Source of the DNA: a virus | Taxonomy: Duplodnaviria > Caudoviricetes | IMG/VR virus record: IMGVR_UViG_2895221163_000002 | Location: 1-64,000 of that record | Length of the DNA stretch: 64,000 bases | Strand: one strand, 5' to 3' | Part shown: positions 28,537-38,463 of the stretch, in pieces | Numbering within the stretch: the stretch's first letter is position 1 | How the letters are laid out: each line of letters begins with the position of its first letter | Translations under genes and position numbers: made by a program | Notes under the pieces: generated by a model | Told to the model about the DNA's origin: nothing | Databases searched by the model: none | Seen by the model: the letters and a program-made list of their open reading frames with translations, nothing else

Positions 28537-30690
28537 CTATCCCGGTAGACGCTTAACCAGGCGGCGCAACCGCTCCTGTCGAGACTGGCGAGCTGTCTCG
28601 ACGGGTTTCGGTGCTTCCGCCCTTTTCTCGTTGCTCCAGCCGCTTACGACCTGCGTAATTTTCGACAGGTTTTCCACGAGGATTTCTGTCGATGAGACCA
28701 CATTACTGTTCTCGTCCCACGGAGCTGCCCAGACAGGCGGAGAGTTCCATGGCATCCGGGCAATTCCGAACAGGAAAGCCAGGACGTTCGTCATAACCAT
28801 CAGATCCAGCGCCTCATTCCGGGCCGATGGTGTGACTTTCGCCCACCGTCCGTCTGGACGCCTCTGTTCCGCCACTAGCTGCTCGAAAAAGGGATGCGGA
28901 GGTTCATTCGCCAGCAAGCCTGCCGGAAAATGAACGCGCCAGGCCCCGATGTCAGCGACCTGTAACTGGGTCGAAGCATCATCCTTGAAGCGGTTCGGGT
29001 TGAAGAACCCAACCGGGATCTCGCCTCGTGCCGCTGCCGAACGATCTTTTCTCTGAGTGTCCGGATAGGTGACCACCAGCGCCGGAGCGTTGATTGTACT
29101 CGCACCCTTGAGCGGGAGGATGGTCCAGCCATCCCGCCCGTCAAACCGCCCCATCCGTTTTGCGCTCCGCCGCCTGCGTGCCCTCCTCCATGCGCCATAG
29201 GCCTGTAGGGTCACGCCGTCCTGACCGCCGCTGTCATATCCGACCGCGAGGATCTTCATGGCGCGGCTTGAGCCATCAGCAAGGGGATATCTTGCCTCCT
29301 CGAGAGAGGTCAGTAGATCGTCCCAGTCCTTCTGGCTCGTCGCAGGATCTGCAGCGACCTTCTGGTAATCGATGATCCAGCTTTCTCCGTCGACCCCCCA
29401 ACCACGCACCATGTACTCGAAGCGATTAGCCTGAACGTCCACGGCAGCCGTCAGGAACCGGACACCCTCAGGGATAAAGCCGAGACGAAGCCCCGGTTCT
29501 GCCCGGTTGGCAATTGCCTGTGAGTCCAATGATCCAGCCGCCCTAGGCGGCTGGTATGGAAGTCCCCAGCGCTTGACCGTGACGGCCCGGAGATCCTTGT
29601 CATCACCTGTTGTCTCGAAGTCACGCTGCGCTTTGACCATGTCATAGGCGAGCGATCCCATGCCGCCGATAATGAAAGGCGACATAAGGCCTGTGATCCA
29701 GAAACCGGCCGTGGTGCTCGCCACCAGTTCGCCAGACACCTCACCATCATGACTGATGTCCTGACCTCTGCCGACCCAGACCCCGTCCCGGTTCATGGCG
29801 CGACGCCACTTGTCTTCGATCAGTGTTCCACAATGCGGGCACAGGAGCGCCGCGTTGTCGCGGATCTCATCGAGCGGCGCGTCTGCATTCCAGTGCAGTG
29901 TCATCGGCACAGATGACGTCGGGTTCGGACTGGAGAAGCCGTTGCAATGCGGGCATGGCCACCACCAGATGCGGCGATCGCTGTCCCGATAGAGCTTCAT
30001 GATCCCGTTTGTCCACCTGGACGGGTCGCTGCCGAGAGCAGCGTCAGGATGACTCTCGGCAAGCACCATGCTCTCTTGTCCGAAGGTCTCACGCCTGATG
30101 GACGCCAGAGCGTAAGCATCACCAAGATTGGCCGGATAGGCATCGATTTCGGTCATGATGATCCGCGGTGCGGACTTATTGATCAGGTTGTTGTAGGCGG
30201 CCGCCAGAAACTCGATCCACATGGACCGGAAGCGCTTGAACTTGAGTGAATTGTCGACCGGACGCGTACCCAGCTTTTCCTTCATAGAAAGATGGGCATC
30301 GATCATGGGCGCGATTTCGCGCTTGACGTAACTTTCGATGACGTCGTCGGTCTGGGCATAGACCAAGAAGTCTGCAGGGTCGACGTCCACTGATTGAAGA
30401 AGCCAGTTCTGCCCAATCGTCGTCTTGCCCGACCGCGCAGGTCCGACCACGGCCGTCGTGAGGTATTGCTGCTCTGTCAGGGCTTCCATGGGCCCTACGA
30501 GGTAGGGGGCCTCATCATGGCTCCAACGACCCACGAAGCCGCCGCCCCTGTTGTCCAGAATCCGATGCTTCGCAGCATAGTCGGCAACATTGATCTCTTC
30601 GGCAGGACGGTATGATTCGATCGCCTGGGCGATGATGGAGCGTGGATCAGCGAACAGGACTTCCTCAGGTGAGATGAAGCTGTCGCTCAT
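28537..30690 (-). CDS. Terminase large subunit (lambda gpA family)
   Basis: GPARSGKT, WPCPHC and CPHC zinc motifs, AAVDVQ.NR, RNEALD. Confidence 0.93.
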   Translation of the reverse strand: MSDSFISPEEVLFADPRSIIAQAIESYRPAEEINVADYAAKHRILDNRGGGFVGRWSHDEAPYLVGPMEALTEQQYLTTAVVGPARSGKTTIGQNWLLQSVDVDPADFLVYAQTDDVIESYVKREIAPMIDAHLSMKEKLGTRPVDNSLKFKRFRSMWIEFLAAAYNNLINKSAPRIIMTEIDAYPANLGDAYALASIRRETFGQESMVLAESHPDAALGSDPSRWTNGIMKLYRDSDRRIWWWPCPHCNGFSSPNPTSSVPMTLHWNADAPLDEIRDNAALLCPHCGTLIEDKWRRAMNRDGVWVGRGQDISHDGEVSGELVASTTAGFWITGLMSPFIIGGMGSLAYDMVKAQRDFETTGDDKDLRAVTVKRWGLPYQPPRAAGSLDSQAIANRAEPGLRLGFIPEGVRFLTAAVDVQANRFEYMVRGWGVDGESWIIDYQKVAADPATSQKDWDDLLTSLEEARYPLADGSSRAMKILAVGYDSGGQDGVTLQAYGAWRRARRRRSAKRMGRFDGRDGWTILPLKGASTINAPALVVTYPDTQRKDRSAAARGEIPVGFFNPNRFKDDASTQLQVADIGAWRVHFPAGLLANEPPHPFFEQLVAEQRRPDGRWAKVTPSARNEALDLMVMTNVLAFLFGIARMPWNSPPVWAAPWDENSNVVSSTEILVENLSKITQVVSGWSNEKRAEAPKPVETARQSRQERLRRLVKRLPG

Positions 30691-31267
30691 GTTCGGTGTC
30701 TGTATCCTGTTTGAGCATGGTCAGAACGCTGTTGACTGACTTTAGCTGTACGTCCTTTAGGCGGCTCTCAGCCTGTCGCAGGACTGCGTCAGGCCAACTC
30801 TGATCCCGGGCCAGCTGACGCAGAAACGCTCCGGTGTCCCGAGCCAGCATTGCGAAGGCCGTGGCCATCATGTCCTGCATCTGATCTGCGATGACCAGCT
30901 TGCCGCATCGCTCGGCCTCTTTCCGCTTTAAATCGCGAAGGCGCCAGATATCGATCTGCTCTTTGGTGGAGACGAAGCCAGACCGTGCAGGCTGTTCCTC
31001 TTCCGCGAAGAGATCATCGAACTGCAACTGCAGTTCCATGAGTTTTTCGTCGCGGCCGATGGTCGCCTTTTCTTCCTCTTCCCGCCTCGCGGCAAGAAAG
31101 TCGAAGACGGCGTGAGGATTGAAGCTCCAGCTCTTGCCGTTGGTGCCTCGATGATCGGCAGGGAAGTCTGGCCACCGGTCGATCCAATTGGTGAGGGTCG
31201 GCAGCGAGACCTTCAGTCGCTTGGCCATCTGGGCTTTGTTCAGCGTGACTGCCTCATGCGCCTCCAT
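30665..31267 (-). CDS. Terminase small subunit (Nu1-like)
   Basis: N-terminal winged HTH LNKAQMA..L.VS..TL.NW; precedes gpA. Confidence 0.85.
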   Translation of the reverse strand: MEAHEAVTLNKAQMAKRLKVSLPTLTNWIDRWPDFPADHRGTNGKSWSFNPHAVFDFLAARREEEEKATIGRDEKLMELQLQFDDLFAEEEQPARSGFVSTKEQIDIWRLRDLKRKEAERCGKLVIADQMQDMMATAFAMLARDTGAFLRQLARDQSWPDAVLRQAESRLKDVQLKSVNSVLTMLKQDTDTEHERQLHLT

Positions 31268-31340
31268 TGCCGGTTCCTCATGAGACGACAACAACAACAA
31301 CACCAACCCATTTTCAGATTTGCTCGAAAAGTGCCTCTTA

Positions 31341-31387
31341 CCGGGGTGCGAATTACCCCCGGACGGCTACCCCTCCAGGAGGGACCC
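31341..31387 (-). other. Putative lambda-type cos site (cosQ-like + cosN-like)
   Basis: GGGTCCC followed by CCGGGG-GTAATTCGCA-CCCCGG, just upstream of the terminase small subunit. Confidence 0.6.
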
Positions 31388-31506
31388 ACGAATTCTGTGG
31401 CTTTCTGGCCACACGACCCCGCCCCGACCGCCCGGTCGCGCATCAGAGCGACCCAACGAGAAAGGGGACGCAGCCCTTGCGAGCATACGTCCCCTCATCA
31501 TGCCAA

Positions 31507-31980
31507 CTACATATGTTCAAAATGGCGGATGTGGCGAGAGAAAAATTCACTACGGCTGATTTTTTTTCCTACCGCCGCGCATGCCTCTGCATGCCAGTCT
31601 TTGGCAGTCTCATGGTTGATCCCCAGTTTCCCGCCGATTTTGCGCCACGTCCACCTGTGCTGACCTGAAATCGGATGAACGATCAATCGCATGTTGACCA
31701 CGGCCTTTTGCCCGCGATCAGTCAGCATCGGCACCCATGACAGCGCAAGATCCATGCGGCTCACTTCATCTGACGTCGGCGTGGGTGGTCGAATGTCGCT
31801 CTCCATTGGCCAGTCGAGATCATCACGGTCGGCGACAATGTCAGGCCAGTAGGATCGCATTCCGCCAGGCCAGCATCCGTTCGCCGGCATGGCCGCTAGC
31901 GTGAAGGCTGCATCAGTCAGCCAGTCCGCCACCTGTTCTGGCACGTCGCGCCCAAGATCGATCCGCTTGACGCCCTTCAT
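31507..31980 (-). CDS. Putative late-gene regulator (Q-like position, C-terminal HTH)
   Basis: SYWPD, MD.AL.W, W.KIG..LG; directly upstream of the packaging genes. Confidence 0.65.
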   Translation of the reverse strand: MKGVKRIDLGRDVPEQVADWLTDAAFTLAAMPANGCWPGGMRSYWPDIVADRDDLDWPMESDIRPPTPTSDEVSRMDLALSWVPMLTDRGQKAVVNMRLIVHPISGQHRWTWRKIGGKLGINHETAKDWHAEACAAVGKKISRSEFFSRHIRHFEHM

Positions 31981-32921
31981 GCCGCAACCTGGACAAGGAA
32001 GTCAGCCAGTTCCGGACGACGCAGGCCGATTTCACCGCTTGCGATGGCGCTGGAATAGTCCTGCATGGCCTGCTCCCATGCACGCTCTGCCTTGCGCTGT
32101 TCTGCAGTTTTCGGCGCTTCAGGGATATCGCCTTGAGCAATCGCCTGCTCGACCGCCTTCGTGAAGTAGCCCAGATGCGAAACCGGAGCGCCGCGTTCCC
32201 GCTGCCTCTCTGCCACTGCTGTCACGACGGATGTCACCAGCAGTTCAGTCTGATCGTCCGTCAGGCCTTTCGCGACCGCCGCAGCGCACCAGGTCCGAGT
32301 GATGCCGTAGTTCGGCATATCCTTCGCGTCATCGAAGCCAGCCGCCGTAAACGCCTTAGGTCCAATGCGTTTGAACATCGCGTCCAGCCTAAGCTTATCT
32401 TCGGAAGAAGATTTAGAAGCTAAGCTAAGCTTATCGCGCGCACCCGTGAGGTGGGTTTTCGCTGGGTTTTCGCGTGCCACGTCTTTGCCTCCGGAAATGG
32501 GTAGAACAATGTTGCCCTGGCGCTGATCCGCCACGACGCCTGTTTTCGGTGTTTTTCGCGGTCTTCCGCCCTTTGCGCCATTCGCACGGGACGCAATCTG
32601 CCGTGCTGTCATCCCGAGGCCAGCCGGGAGGCCAATGGTCTGCGCATCGCGGTTCCAGGTTATCAGCTGGGTTTTGGCGTAGGTTTCGAGGTAGGTTTCG
32701 ATCAGGTTTGCGTCACAGAAAACCTTTGTCCGCGCCAACGCCGCCAGCGCGCCCGGAAACGACACGTCCAGCACGCCGTCTGCCGTGTTGAGGATCAGAT
32801 ATGTGACCAGACGTACCCAGGACAGCACCTGAACGGCCTCTAGGGCATTGAGCGCCAGATTTTCGACCTGCATCAGGGCGATCCGGGACAGCTGGTCGCG
32901 ATGTGTTGCACTGACCTTCAC
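31977..32921 (-). CDS. Putative replication initiator protein
   Basis: SRANGAKGGRP motif; internal AAACCT repeats; follows dnaB. Confidence 0.65.
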   Translation of the reverse strand: MKVSATHRDQLSRIALMQVENLALNALEAVQVLSWVRLVTYLILNTADGVLDVSFPGALAALARTKVFCDANLIETYLETYAKTQLITWNRDAQTIGLPAGLGMTARQIASRANGAKGGRPRKTPKTGVVADQRQGNIVLPISGGKDVARENPAKTHLTGARDKLSLASKSSSEDKLRLDAMFKRIGPKAFTAAGFDDAKDMPNYGITRTWCAAAVAKGLTDDQTELLVTSVVTAVAERQRERGAPVSHLGYFTKAVEQAIAQGDIPEAPKTAEQRKAERAWEQAMQDYSSAIASGEIGLRRPELADFLVQVAA

Positions 32922-32972
32922 GTCAGAAACTCCTGCACCCGCCAGCGTGGCGGGATTGAAAACCTAGAAAAC

Positions 32973-33254
32973 CTAATAGGATGCGAGCCGGTATCCGGAT
33001 CCGACGGGCTCAAGCACGCCACACTGGACGAGTGAGGGCAGAGCATCGCGAACCGCACCGGCATCCGCCGCCAGATAGCGGGCGATGTCGTCTGACGTGG
33101 CACCGGTGCGGCCAGGCGCGCGGATGCTCGGCACGACGTCGCCGACATCCGTCAGCCCCAGCCAGATTGCCCGCGCCGCGAGCGACAGGGGCTGCCAGCG
33201 TCGATCGGACATGACGGCCCGCGCGTGCTTTCCCGGACGCTCGCGGCGCGACAT
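32973..33254 (-). CDS. Small winged-HTH replication-region protein
   Basis: LSLAARAIW..L; coupled to dnaB. Confidence 0.55.
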   Translation of the reverse strand: MSRRERPGKHARAVMSDRRWQPLSLAARAIWLGLTDVGDVVPSIRAPGRTGATSDDIARYLAADAGAVRDALPSLVQCGVLEPVGSGYRLASY

Positions 33255-34804
33255 CAGGCGAACTCCAGACCTGCACCCCATGCCGGGCTGCGCATGTCCT
33301 CGCCCGCATCGCGGAACCATGTCGTTTCATTGTCGAACAGCATCCGGCAGCGACCTTCAGGTCCGTGCCGGTTTTTCACGACGAACACGTCGCCCTTACC
33401 GCGCGCGGCATCAAGACGCTCCTGAAACTCCTGACAGCGCACATTGAATGCGTCGTGGGTTTCCTTGTCCCGTTTGACCAGACCGCCCGAGGACGCCTCT
33501 TTCTGAATGTAGTAATGTTCGCGATGGATCAGGGCTACCGCATCCGCATCCTTCTCAAGAGAGCCTGTATCTCCTAAATCCGACATCATTGGCCGCTTGT
33601 TCTCCCGCTTTTCCGATTCACGGTTGAGCTGAGCCAAAACGACAAGGGGTACCCCTAATTCCATGGCGAGCGATTTTAATTCTCTACTGACTTCCGATAG
33701 CTCCTCATGGCGCATGCGCCCTTGGACACGCGACGAGCCCTTCATCAGTTGCACATAATCCAGCACAATCGCGTCCAGTCCGCGTTTGGATCTCTTCATG
33801 CGGCGCGCACGCGAGCGAAGTTGTCCGACGGTTAGACCTCCACGGGAGTCGATCTCGAGCGGAAGCTTCTGGGCTTCGTCACAGGCTCCTTGAAGAGCAT
33901 TCCATTGCCACGCTTCGAGTTCCGGCTGCTGACCGGTTTCTGCGTCCTCGGGTACATCCCAGCGACGGCCCGAAAAAACAGAGCGCAGATTCAGGCCAGC
34001 CCTTGCGGCCCCACCACGAGCACCGACCTGTTCGGCCGTCATTTCACCGGACCAGAACAACGTCCTCTTGCCACCCGATGCGATGCGCAACGCGATCCCG
34101 AGGCCAAGAGATGTCTTGCCCATCGCTGGCCGTGCCCCGATCACATACATATTCCCGCCGACCAGACCGTTCGTCAGCCGATCGAGCGACCGATAACCCC
34201 AGGACAGACCGGCCAGCGCGGAACCGCGTTCGACGGCTTCACGGGCCGAGATCAGGGCATTGCACAGAGCCTCGTGGAACGTGACGTTCGGCTGACTGTC
34301 AGACATGCCCATGGCAATGTGCAGCAGAGCTGATTCGTGCCCTTCGACAATATCTTCCGCACGCTGATCTTCCGGCCGACTGCACAGATCTGATGTCTGC
34401 TGACACAGCGTCATTAACTCACGACGCATTGCAGCGTCGCGGATCTCACGGGCATAATCCAGCGCGACCAGCGGGCTGACATAGGCATTCATCAGCTTGG
34501 CGAGATATTCTCGGGGGTTCAGTTTGCCCCAGACCAGTTCGTCCGGATGCTCGAAATGCCTGATGATCGTCAGGATATCGACCTTGCGCGCCTCATTGTA
34601 CATGAGGAGAGCCTTCTCATAGATCTGGGCGTTCACCGGATCCGAGAAATGTTCAGGCCGCAGGATCTCTTCCACGGCTTCCAGTGTCTTCTTTGAGTCG
34701 ACCAGAACCGAACCCAGCAAACCATGCTCACACCCAAGGTTCTGCGGCACCGACCGCAAAGCGCCACCGAACAGGCCGGGATCAACGGGTTTATGAATAC
34801 TCAT
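33254..34804 (-). CDS. dnaB: Replicative DNA helicase (phage DnaB)
   Basis: GARPAMGKT, DYVQLM, LAQLNR, RP.MSDL.DTGSLEKDAD, KNRHG. Confidence 0.93.
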   Translation of the reverse strand: MSIHKPVDPGLFGGALRSVPQNLGCEHGLLGSVLVDSKKTLEAVEEILRPEHFSDPVNAQIYEKALLMYNEARKVDILTIIRHFEHPDELVWGKLNPREYLAKLMNAYVSPLVALDYAREIRDAAMRRELMTLCQQTSDLCSRPEDQRAEDIVEGHESALLHIAMGMSDSQPNVTFHEALCNALISAREAVERGSALAGLSWGYRSLDRLTNGLVGGNMYVIGARPAMGKTSLGLGIALRIASGGKRTLFWSGEMTAEQVGARGGAARAGLNLRSVFSGRRWDVPEDAETGQQPELEAWQWNALQGACDEAQKLPLEIDSRGGLTVGQLRSRARRMKRSKRGLDAIVLDYVQLMKGSSRVQGRMRHEELSEVSRELKSLAMELGVPLVVLAQLNRESEKRENKRPMMSDLGDTGSLEKDADAVALIHREHYYIQKEASSGGLVKRDKETHDAFNVRCQEFQERLDAARGKGDVFVVKNRHGPEGRCRMLFDNETTWFRDAGEDMRSPAWGAGLEFA

Positions 34805-35250
34805 GCCGCGACGGCCTCCCCGGCCGGTTTCGTGGAGCGACGCCGGTAGCAGGTCAGCCGCACATAGCCCATGACGCGGAGCAGATCGTCCGTCGCCTTG
34901 GCTTCATCATTGAGGAATTTGGAGACGCTCGAAGCGTTGAGGCCGTTCACCCGACAAAAGCCGCGCAACGAGCCCACAGTGCGAATGCGTGTTTCCACTT
35001 TTGTAAAAAACTGGAAGTTATTGATCAGCGAAGCATCTTTCCCGCCGCCGACCGCGCGATAGCGTGGAAAGCAATCAAAACCAGCTGCATCCAAGAAAGC
35101 AGCCGACGGGAGCCGTCTGCCGTTCAGGATCTGCGAAACCGTCGTATGCGACATGCCGATCTGCTCGGCATATCGAACCTGATTTCCAGCCGCGCTGACG
35201 TCTGTTTCCAGTTCCGCACAAAATCCAATGAAATCCAGAATGTCAGCCAC
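34801..35250 (-). CDS. Protein with two tandem HTH-like repeats
   Basis: YAEQIGMSHTTVSQILNG and FCRVNGLNASSVSKFLND. Confidence 0.65.
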   Translation of the reverse strand: MADILDFIGFCAELETDVSAAGNQVRYAEQIGMSHTTVSQILNGRRLPSAAFLDAAGFDCFPRYRAVGGGKDASLINNFQFFTKVETRIRTVGSLRGFCRVNGLNASSVSKFLNDEAKATDDLLRVMGYVRLTCYRRRSTKPAGEAVAA

Positions 35251-35521
35251 GCCCTGAACCCCACTGCGCCGGCATCTTCATGCGCCCACCCTCGACGAGC
35301 GTCATGCCGGACGAGAAGCGCCGCACCTGATTGTGCAGATCGGGCCTGATGCGCGCACTCTCGCGGATCGCTTTGGCATCGAGAGGTTCGGGGAACCGAA
35401 CGTAAGCTCCCTTCCCTCCGACCGGCCATTTCTCATGGCGCGAACCCTCAACAGGCAGCGCGCACTCGCCCTGAACCAAGCTTTCTGCCACAGCCTCGGT
35501 CATGCCTACGCGATCAAGCAT
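35243..35521 (-). CDS. Hypothetical phage protein
   Basis: Overlapping ORF chain. Confidence 0.5.
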   Translation of the reverse strand: MLDRVGMTEAVAESLVQGECALPVEGSRHEKWPVGGKGAYVRFPEPLDAKAIRESARIRPDLHNQVRRFSSGMTLVEGGRMKMPAQWGSGRG

Positions 35522-35756
35522 TGACGCCTCCCAGCACGAGACCCATTCCAACCGGCATCGGTCGACGAACTGGGCGCCGCCGCGTCGTGGTCGCGACGAC
35601 CTGTCGCGTCAGCCCCAGACGGCCAATCAGGCCATGAGCGCTGCCAACGGAGATCCCCGCCTGGCGCGCGATGCGCTGCACACCATGGCCGTCCGCGTGA
35701 AGGCGACGCACCATAGGTTCGAGACGAGTGTAATCATGGGAGGGTCGGGCCATCAT
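35514..35756 (-). CDS. Small HTH protein
   Basis: G.GVQRIARQAGIS. Confidence 0.55.
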   Translation of the reverse strand: MMARPSHDYTRLEPMVRRLHADGHGVQRIARQAGISVGSAHGLIGRLGLTRQVVATTTRRRPVRRPMPVGMGLVLGGVNA

Positions 35757-35760
35757 TTCC

Positions 35761-35952
35761 TCAGAGGGTCTGGATCCAGCCTTCGAGGAGACGCATCACT
35801 TTGCGGATGCGCCTGTCTCGACGCTGGATTGATTGGATCTCCCGTCCGATCCACCACTGCACAATGAAAATGACGACGCCGCGCGCCCTGAAGCGCGCAT
35901 AAATCAGCCAGTTTTCAGCAATGGGACCGAACAGAAAAACGAGAACTGTCAT
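35761..35952 (-). CDS. Hypothetical small protein
   Basis: Coupled to the upstream ORF. Confidence 0.4.
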   Translation of the reverse strand: MTVLVFLFGPIAENWLIYARFRARGVVIFIVQWWIGREIQSIQRRDRRIRKVMRLLEGWIQTL

Positions 35953-36299
35953 GCGGCGCCCCTGTCATTGAGGCTGTCCAGCTGCTGCTGGAGCCGGAGC
36001 TGCCGCGCCTGAAGTGTCTGAATGCGGGCCTCGCGAACGGCTTCCCATTCGCCAGCCGTGACCGAACGGATCTCATGGTGCCAGCAGGCGCGAACGCGGC
36101 GCTCCGTCAGGCCGAACAGGCGCGCAACCTCACGGAATGCGCCCTTCAGCCCGAGGCCGCGCCGATCGCGGACCTCCTCATTCACCATGTCCTGGAAGCG
36201 TTCGGTCAGCGCATCAGACATGGCACTGAACCGGGCCTTGGGTGAAATACCCGCGCGCTTGGGTGAAATACCCAACATCTTGGGCGTCCTTCCTGTCAT
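35949..36299 (-). CDS. HTH regulator (CII-like position)
   Basis: AFREVARLFGLTERRVRACW. Confidence 0.6.
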   Translation of the reverse strand: MTGRTPKMLGISPKRAGISPKARFSAMSDALTERFQDMVNEEVRDRRGLGLKGAFREVARLFGLTERRVRACWHHEIRSVTAGEWEAVREARIQTLQARQLRLQQQLDSLNDRGAA

Positions 36300-36475
36300 T
36301 GTTCTGGGTGTTGAGTGCCGGAACAGTTGACGGGAAGAAGGAGACCAAATGACGAAGAGCAGCCTTTACGTGGGATATTGTGAAGCCCGGTTCAGGATTG
36401 CGAATTTTCCAGTAATGGCCGGGGATTCGACACCCCGGCCATTTCGGATCACCATGGAAGGGACCAACCAAACCC

Positions 36476-36733
36476 ATGGAGATTCTGATGTCAGAAACCC
36501 AGTCGGCACTTCCCGTCATCATGAGCATGAAACTGAAAGAAGGAGGAAACCTGAAGGTAAAAGTGTATCTGCCGCCTTCGGACCCGGCATACGTCGGCCA
36601 TGAACTCACCCTCGCCATTCCCGTTCTTGGCAGCGGCATTGGGGAACCCAACCGACAAATGCTCGCAAATGCACTGGAGCGTCTGGGGCAAGACGTCGAT
36701 ACCGCAATCATGCGCCTTCGCGGCCTTCGTTAG
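36476..36733 (+). CDS. Hypothetical protein, antisense to the early operon
   Basis: Protein-like composition; fills the gap between minus-strand ORFs. Confidence 0.5.
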   Translation: MEILMSETQSALPVIMSMKLKEGGNLKVKVYLPPSDPAYVGHELTLAIPVLGSGIGEPNRQMLANALERLGQDVDTAIMRLRGLR

Positions 36734-37181
36734 AGACTGCGCGCAAATATGGCTGGTGGCGTCCAGCGACGTCCCAAACGCTTTCGTGAGAGTCCGGACG
36801 CTTTCGTGCAACCTCGGCAAAGCTCACCATGAGGCGATTGATCTGGTCCCGAAACTCAGGAGCACTCATCGCCTCAACGGTCTCGGCATACGGCGCACAG
36901 GCATCGATCGCACGACGTGCATGATTCAGCGCGCGAAGAAGTTCTGCCCGTTCATCAGCCGCCCCGACTACACCAAGCGCCATGAACCGCTTCATTTCCT
37001 CACGGCGCTGAGTCATTGCTTCGAGCCAGTATTCGGAGCCGGTCTCTGGCGTGCTGTCGCGGGATTCCTCTTCGCCCTTAAAAAGATTGGAGAAATCGAA
37101 TTGCAGATTCATGAGATTCTCATCTCGATCATTCCGCCGTGAAAGTCGCTGCCGGATTTTCTGTATGATCGAACGCATCAC
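36708..37181 (-). CDS. Hypothetical phage protein
   Basis: Helical ORF in the early operon. Confidence 0.5.
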   Translation of the reverse strand: MMRSIIQKIRQRLSRRNDRDENLMNLQFDFSNLFKGEEESRDSTPETGSEYWLEAMTQRREEMKRFMALGVVGAADERAELLRALNHARRAIDACAPYAETVEAMSAPEFRDQINRLMVSFAEVARKRPDSHESVWDVAGRHQPYLRAVSNEGREGA

Positions 37182-37279
37182 GCTGCCTGCTCCCGGTTCT
37201 GTTCGGGGCCGAAAACATCAGGGCGGAAAAACGCCATGATGCTTTTCCCGATTGGCCCCATCATTAAAGAGAAGTTGAT

Positions 37280-37819
37280 ATGCAGTTTATTGTTGGCGTG
37301 ATCGCCCTTGCGGGTCTTATCGCCTACTTCACTGGCATAAATTTTATCAAAGTCACCGAATACACTATCGGAACGATAGTTGTTCTGTGGATCACGTGGA
37401 TTATTACCTCGGCGGTTATGGTATTCACGCCGCTTGGCGACCGGTTGCCTACAGCCCAGAAACAGCGATTCAGAGGGAAGAATGCCCCCGGAACGCAGAT
37501 CGAACCACCCAACACGCGTCGCCGGGAAGACGCTGCCCACACAGATTCGATCCGCATTGAACATGTCCGCGTTACGATCCAGTTCAGCGCTTGGGGTAGC
37601 GGGCGCGGAATTGTTACGTCGCGAACGATTGTTCCCTACGAGATGCATTATTTCGTCGACCGCAAGGGTATCACTGTCCCGACCGCGATTGAGGCCTACT
37701 GTGAGCTTCGAAAGGAAATGCGAACATTTCGCTATCGTCGCATTATGAATGCGTATGATCCCATTACGGGCGAGATCATTGATAATTTGGGATTGTACCT
37801 GTGGGACCGGCAGCGATGA
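37280..37819 (+). CDS. Membrane-anchored WYL-domain protein
   Basis: Two N-terminal hydrophobic helices; AYCELRKEMRTFRYRRI WYL-type signature. Confidence 0.65.
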   Translation: MQFIVGVIALAGLIAYFTGINFIKVTEYTIGTIVVLWITWIITSAVMVFTPLGDRLPTAQKQRFRGKNAPGTQIEPPNTRRREDAAHTDSIRIEHVRVTIQFSAWGSGRGIVTSRTIVPYEMHYFVDRKGITVPTAIEAYCELRKEMRTFRYRRIMNAYDPITGEIIDNLGLYLWDRQR

Positions 37820-37824
37820 GTAAA

Positions 37825-38043
37825 TCATGCGGCTTGCCCCGGCTCTTCAATAGAAATCTCGTGAATGAGATCACTCGCCGTAACTTGCCCGTCGGTGGCT
37901 CTGTGTATTGCTCCCAGCATTCGTGGCGAGGGAATGGTTTGCCGCGAAATCCACCGTGAAACAGTCGTATGCGACACACCCAAACGCCGCGCGAGCGACA
38001 TTTGGTTTTCTCTGTTGGCCGTCATCCATGCTTCGAGCTTCAT
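37825..38043 (-). CDS. Cro-like repressor
   Basis: XRE HTH LARRLGVSHTTVSRW; divergent from CI. Confidence 0.85.
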   Translation of the reverse strand: MKLEAWMTANRENQMSLARRLGVSHTTVSRWISRQTIPSPRMLGAIHRATDGQVTASDLIHEISIEEPGQAA

Positions 38044-38051
38044 GTAATTTA

Positions 38052-38084
38052 TGTGCACCCCATGCACTGTGCATGTCAAGCACA
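38052..38084. promoter_or_regulatory. Two operator palindromes (OR-like) of prophage A
   Basis: TGTGCACCCCATGCACT and TGTGCATGTCAAGCACA, overlapping a minus-strand TTGACA. Confidence 0.75.
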
Positions 38085-38135
38085 TTGTGCGTGAGGCGGC
38101 GTGGCATCTCCCTGAAAGGGGCGTGAGACTGCGAT

Positions 38136-38456
38136 ATGCCTAAGATGAACCTCTCCCTTCAGTCCCACCTACGCGCATGGCGCAAACAAGTAGGGTTGTC
38201 ACAAGAACAATTAGGGAACAAAATGGATGTCGCGCATACAACTGTAGGCCGATGGGAGCGTGGAGAAGTGCCACTTACGTCCGACCAATTCGAGCATTTG
38301 GCCCGGATTTTCGAGGTTTCTCCAGCTGAACTTCTTGTCGCGCCACCTGACGCAGCCTCCGTCCGAGTCCTGCATGAAACATATGAAATAGTCCGGAACA
38401 TGAGCCCTGAGACGCTTAGGCACTGGCTCGAAATCGGCAAGAAGCTCAGTTCATAA
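38136..38456 (+). CDS. CI-like XRE repressor (no peptidase domain)
   Basis: LRAWRK..GLSQEQLG..TVGRWERG. Confidence 0.85.
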   Translation: MPKMNLSLQSHLRAWRKQVGLSQEQLGNKMDVAHTTVGRWERGEVPLTSDQFEHLARIFEVSPAELLVAPPDAASVRVLHETYEIVRNMSPETLRHWLEIGKKLSS

Positions 38457-38463
38457 ATTTATA

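Noticed and set aside
37178-37828. 216-aa minus-strand ORF in the cro operon
   Set aside because: It fully overlaps the plus-strand TM-WYL ORF, which has recognisable motifs; only its last codons (..EQAA) resemble a phage gene end
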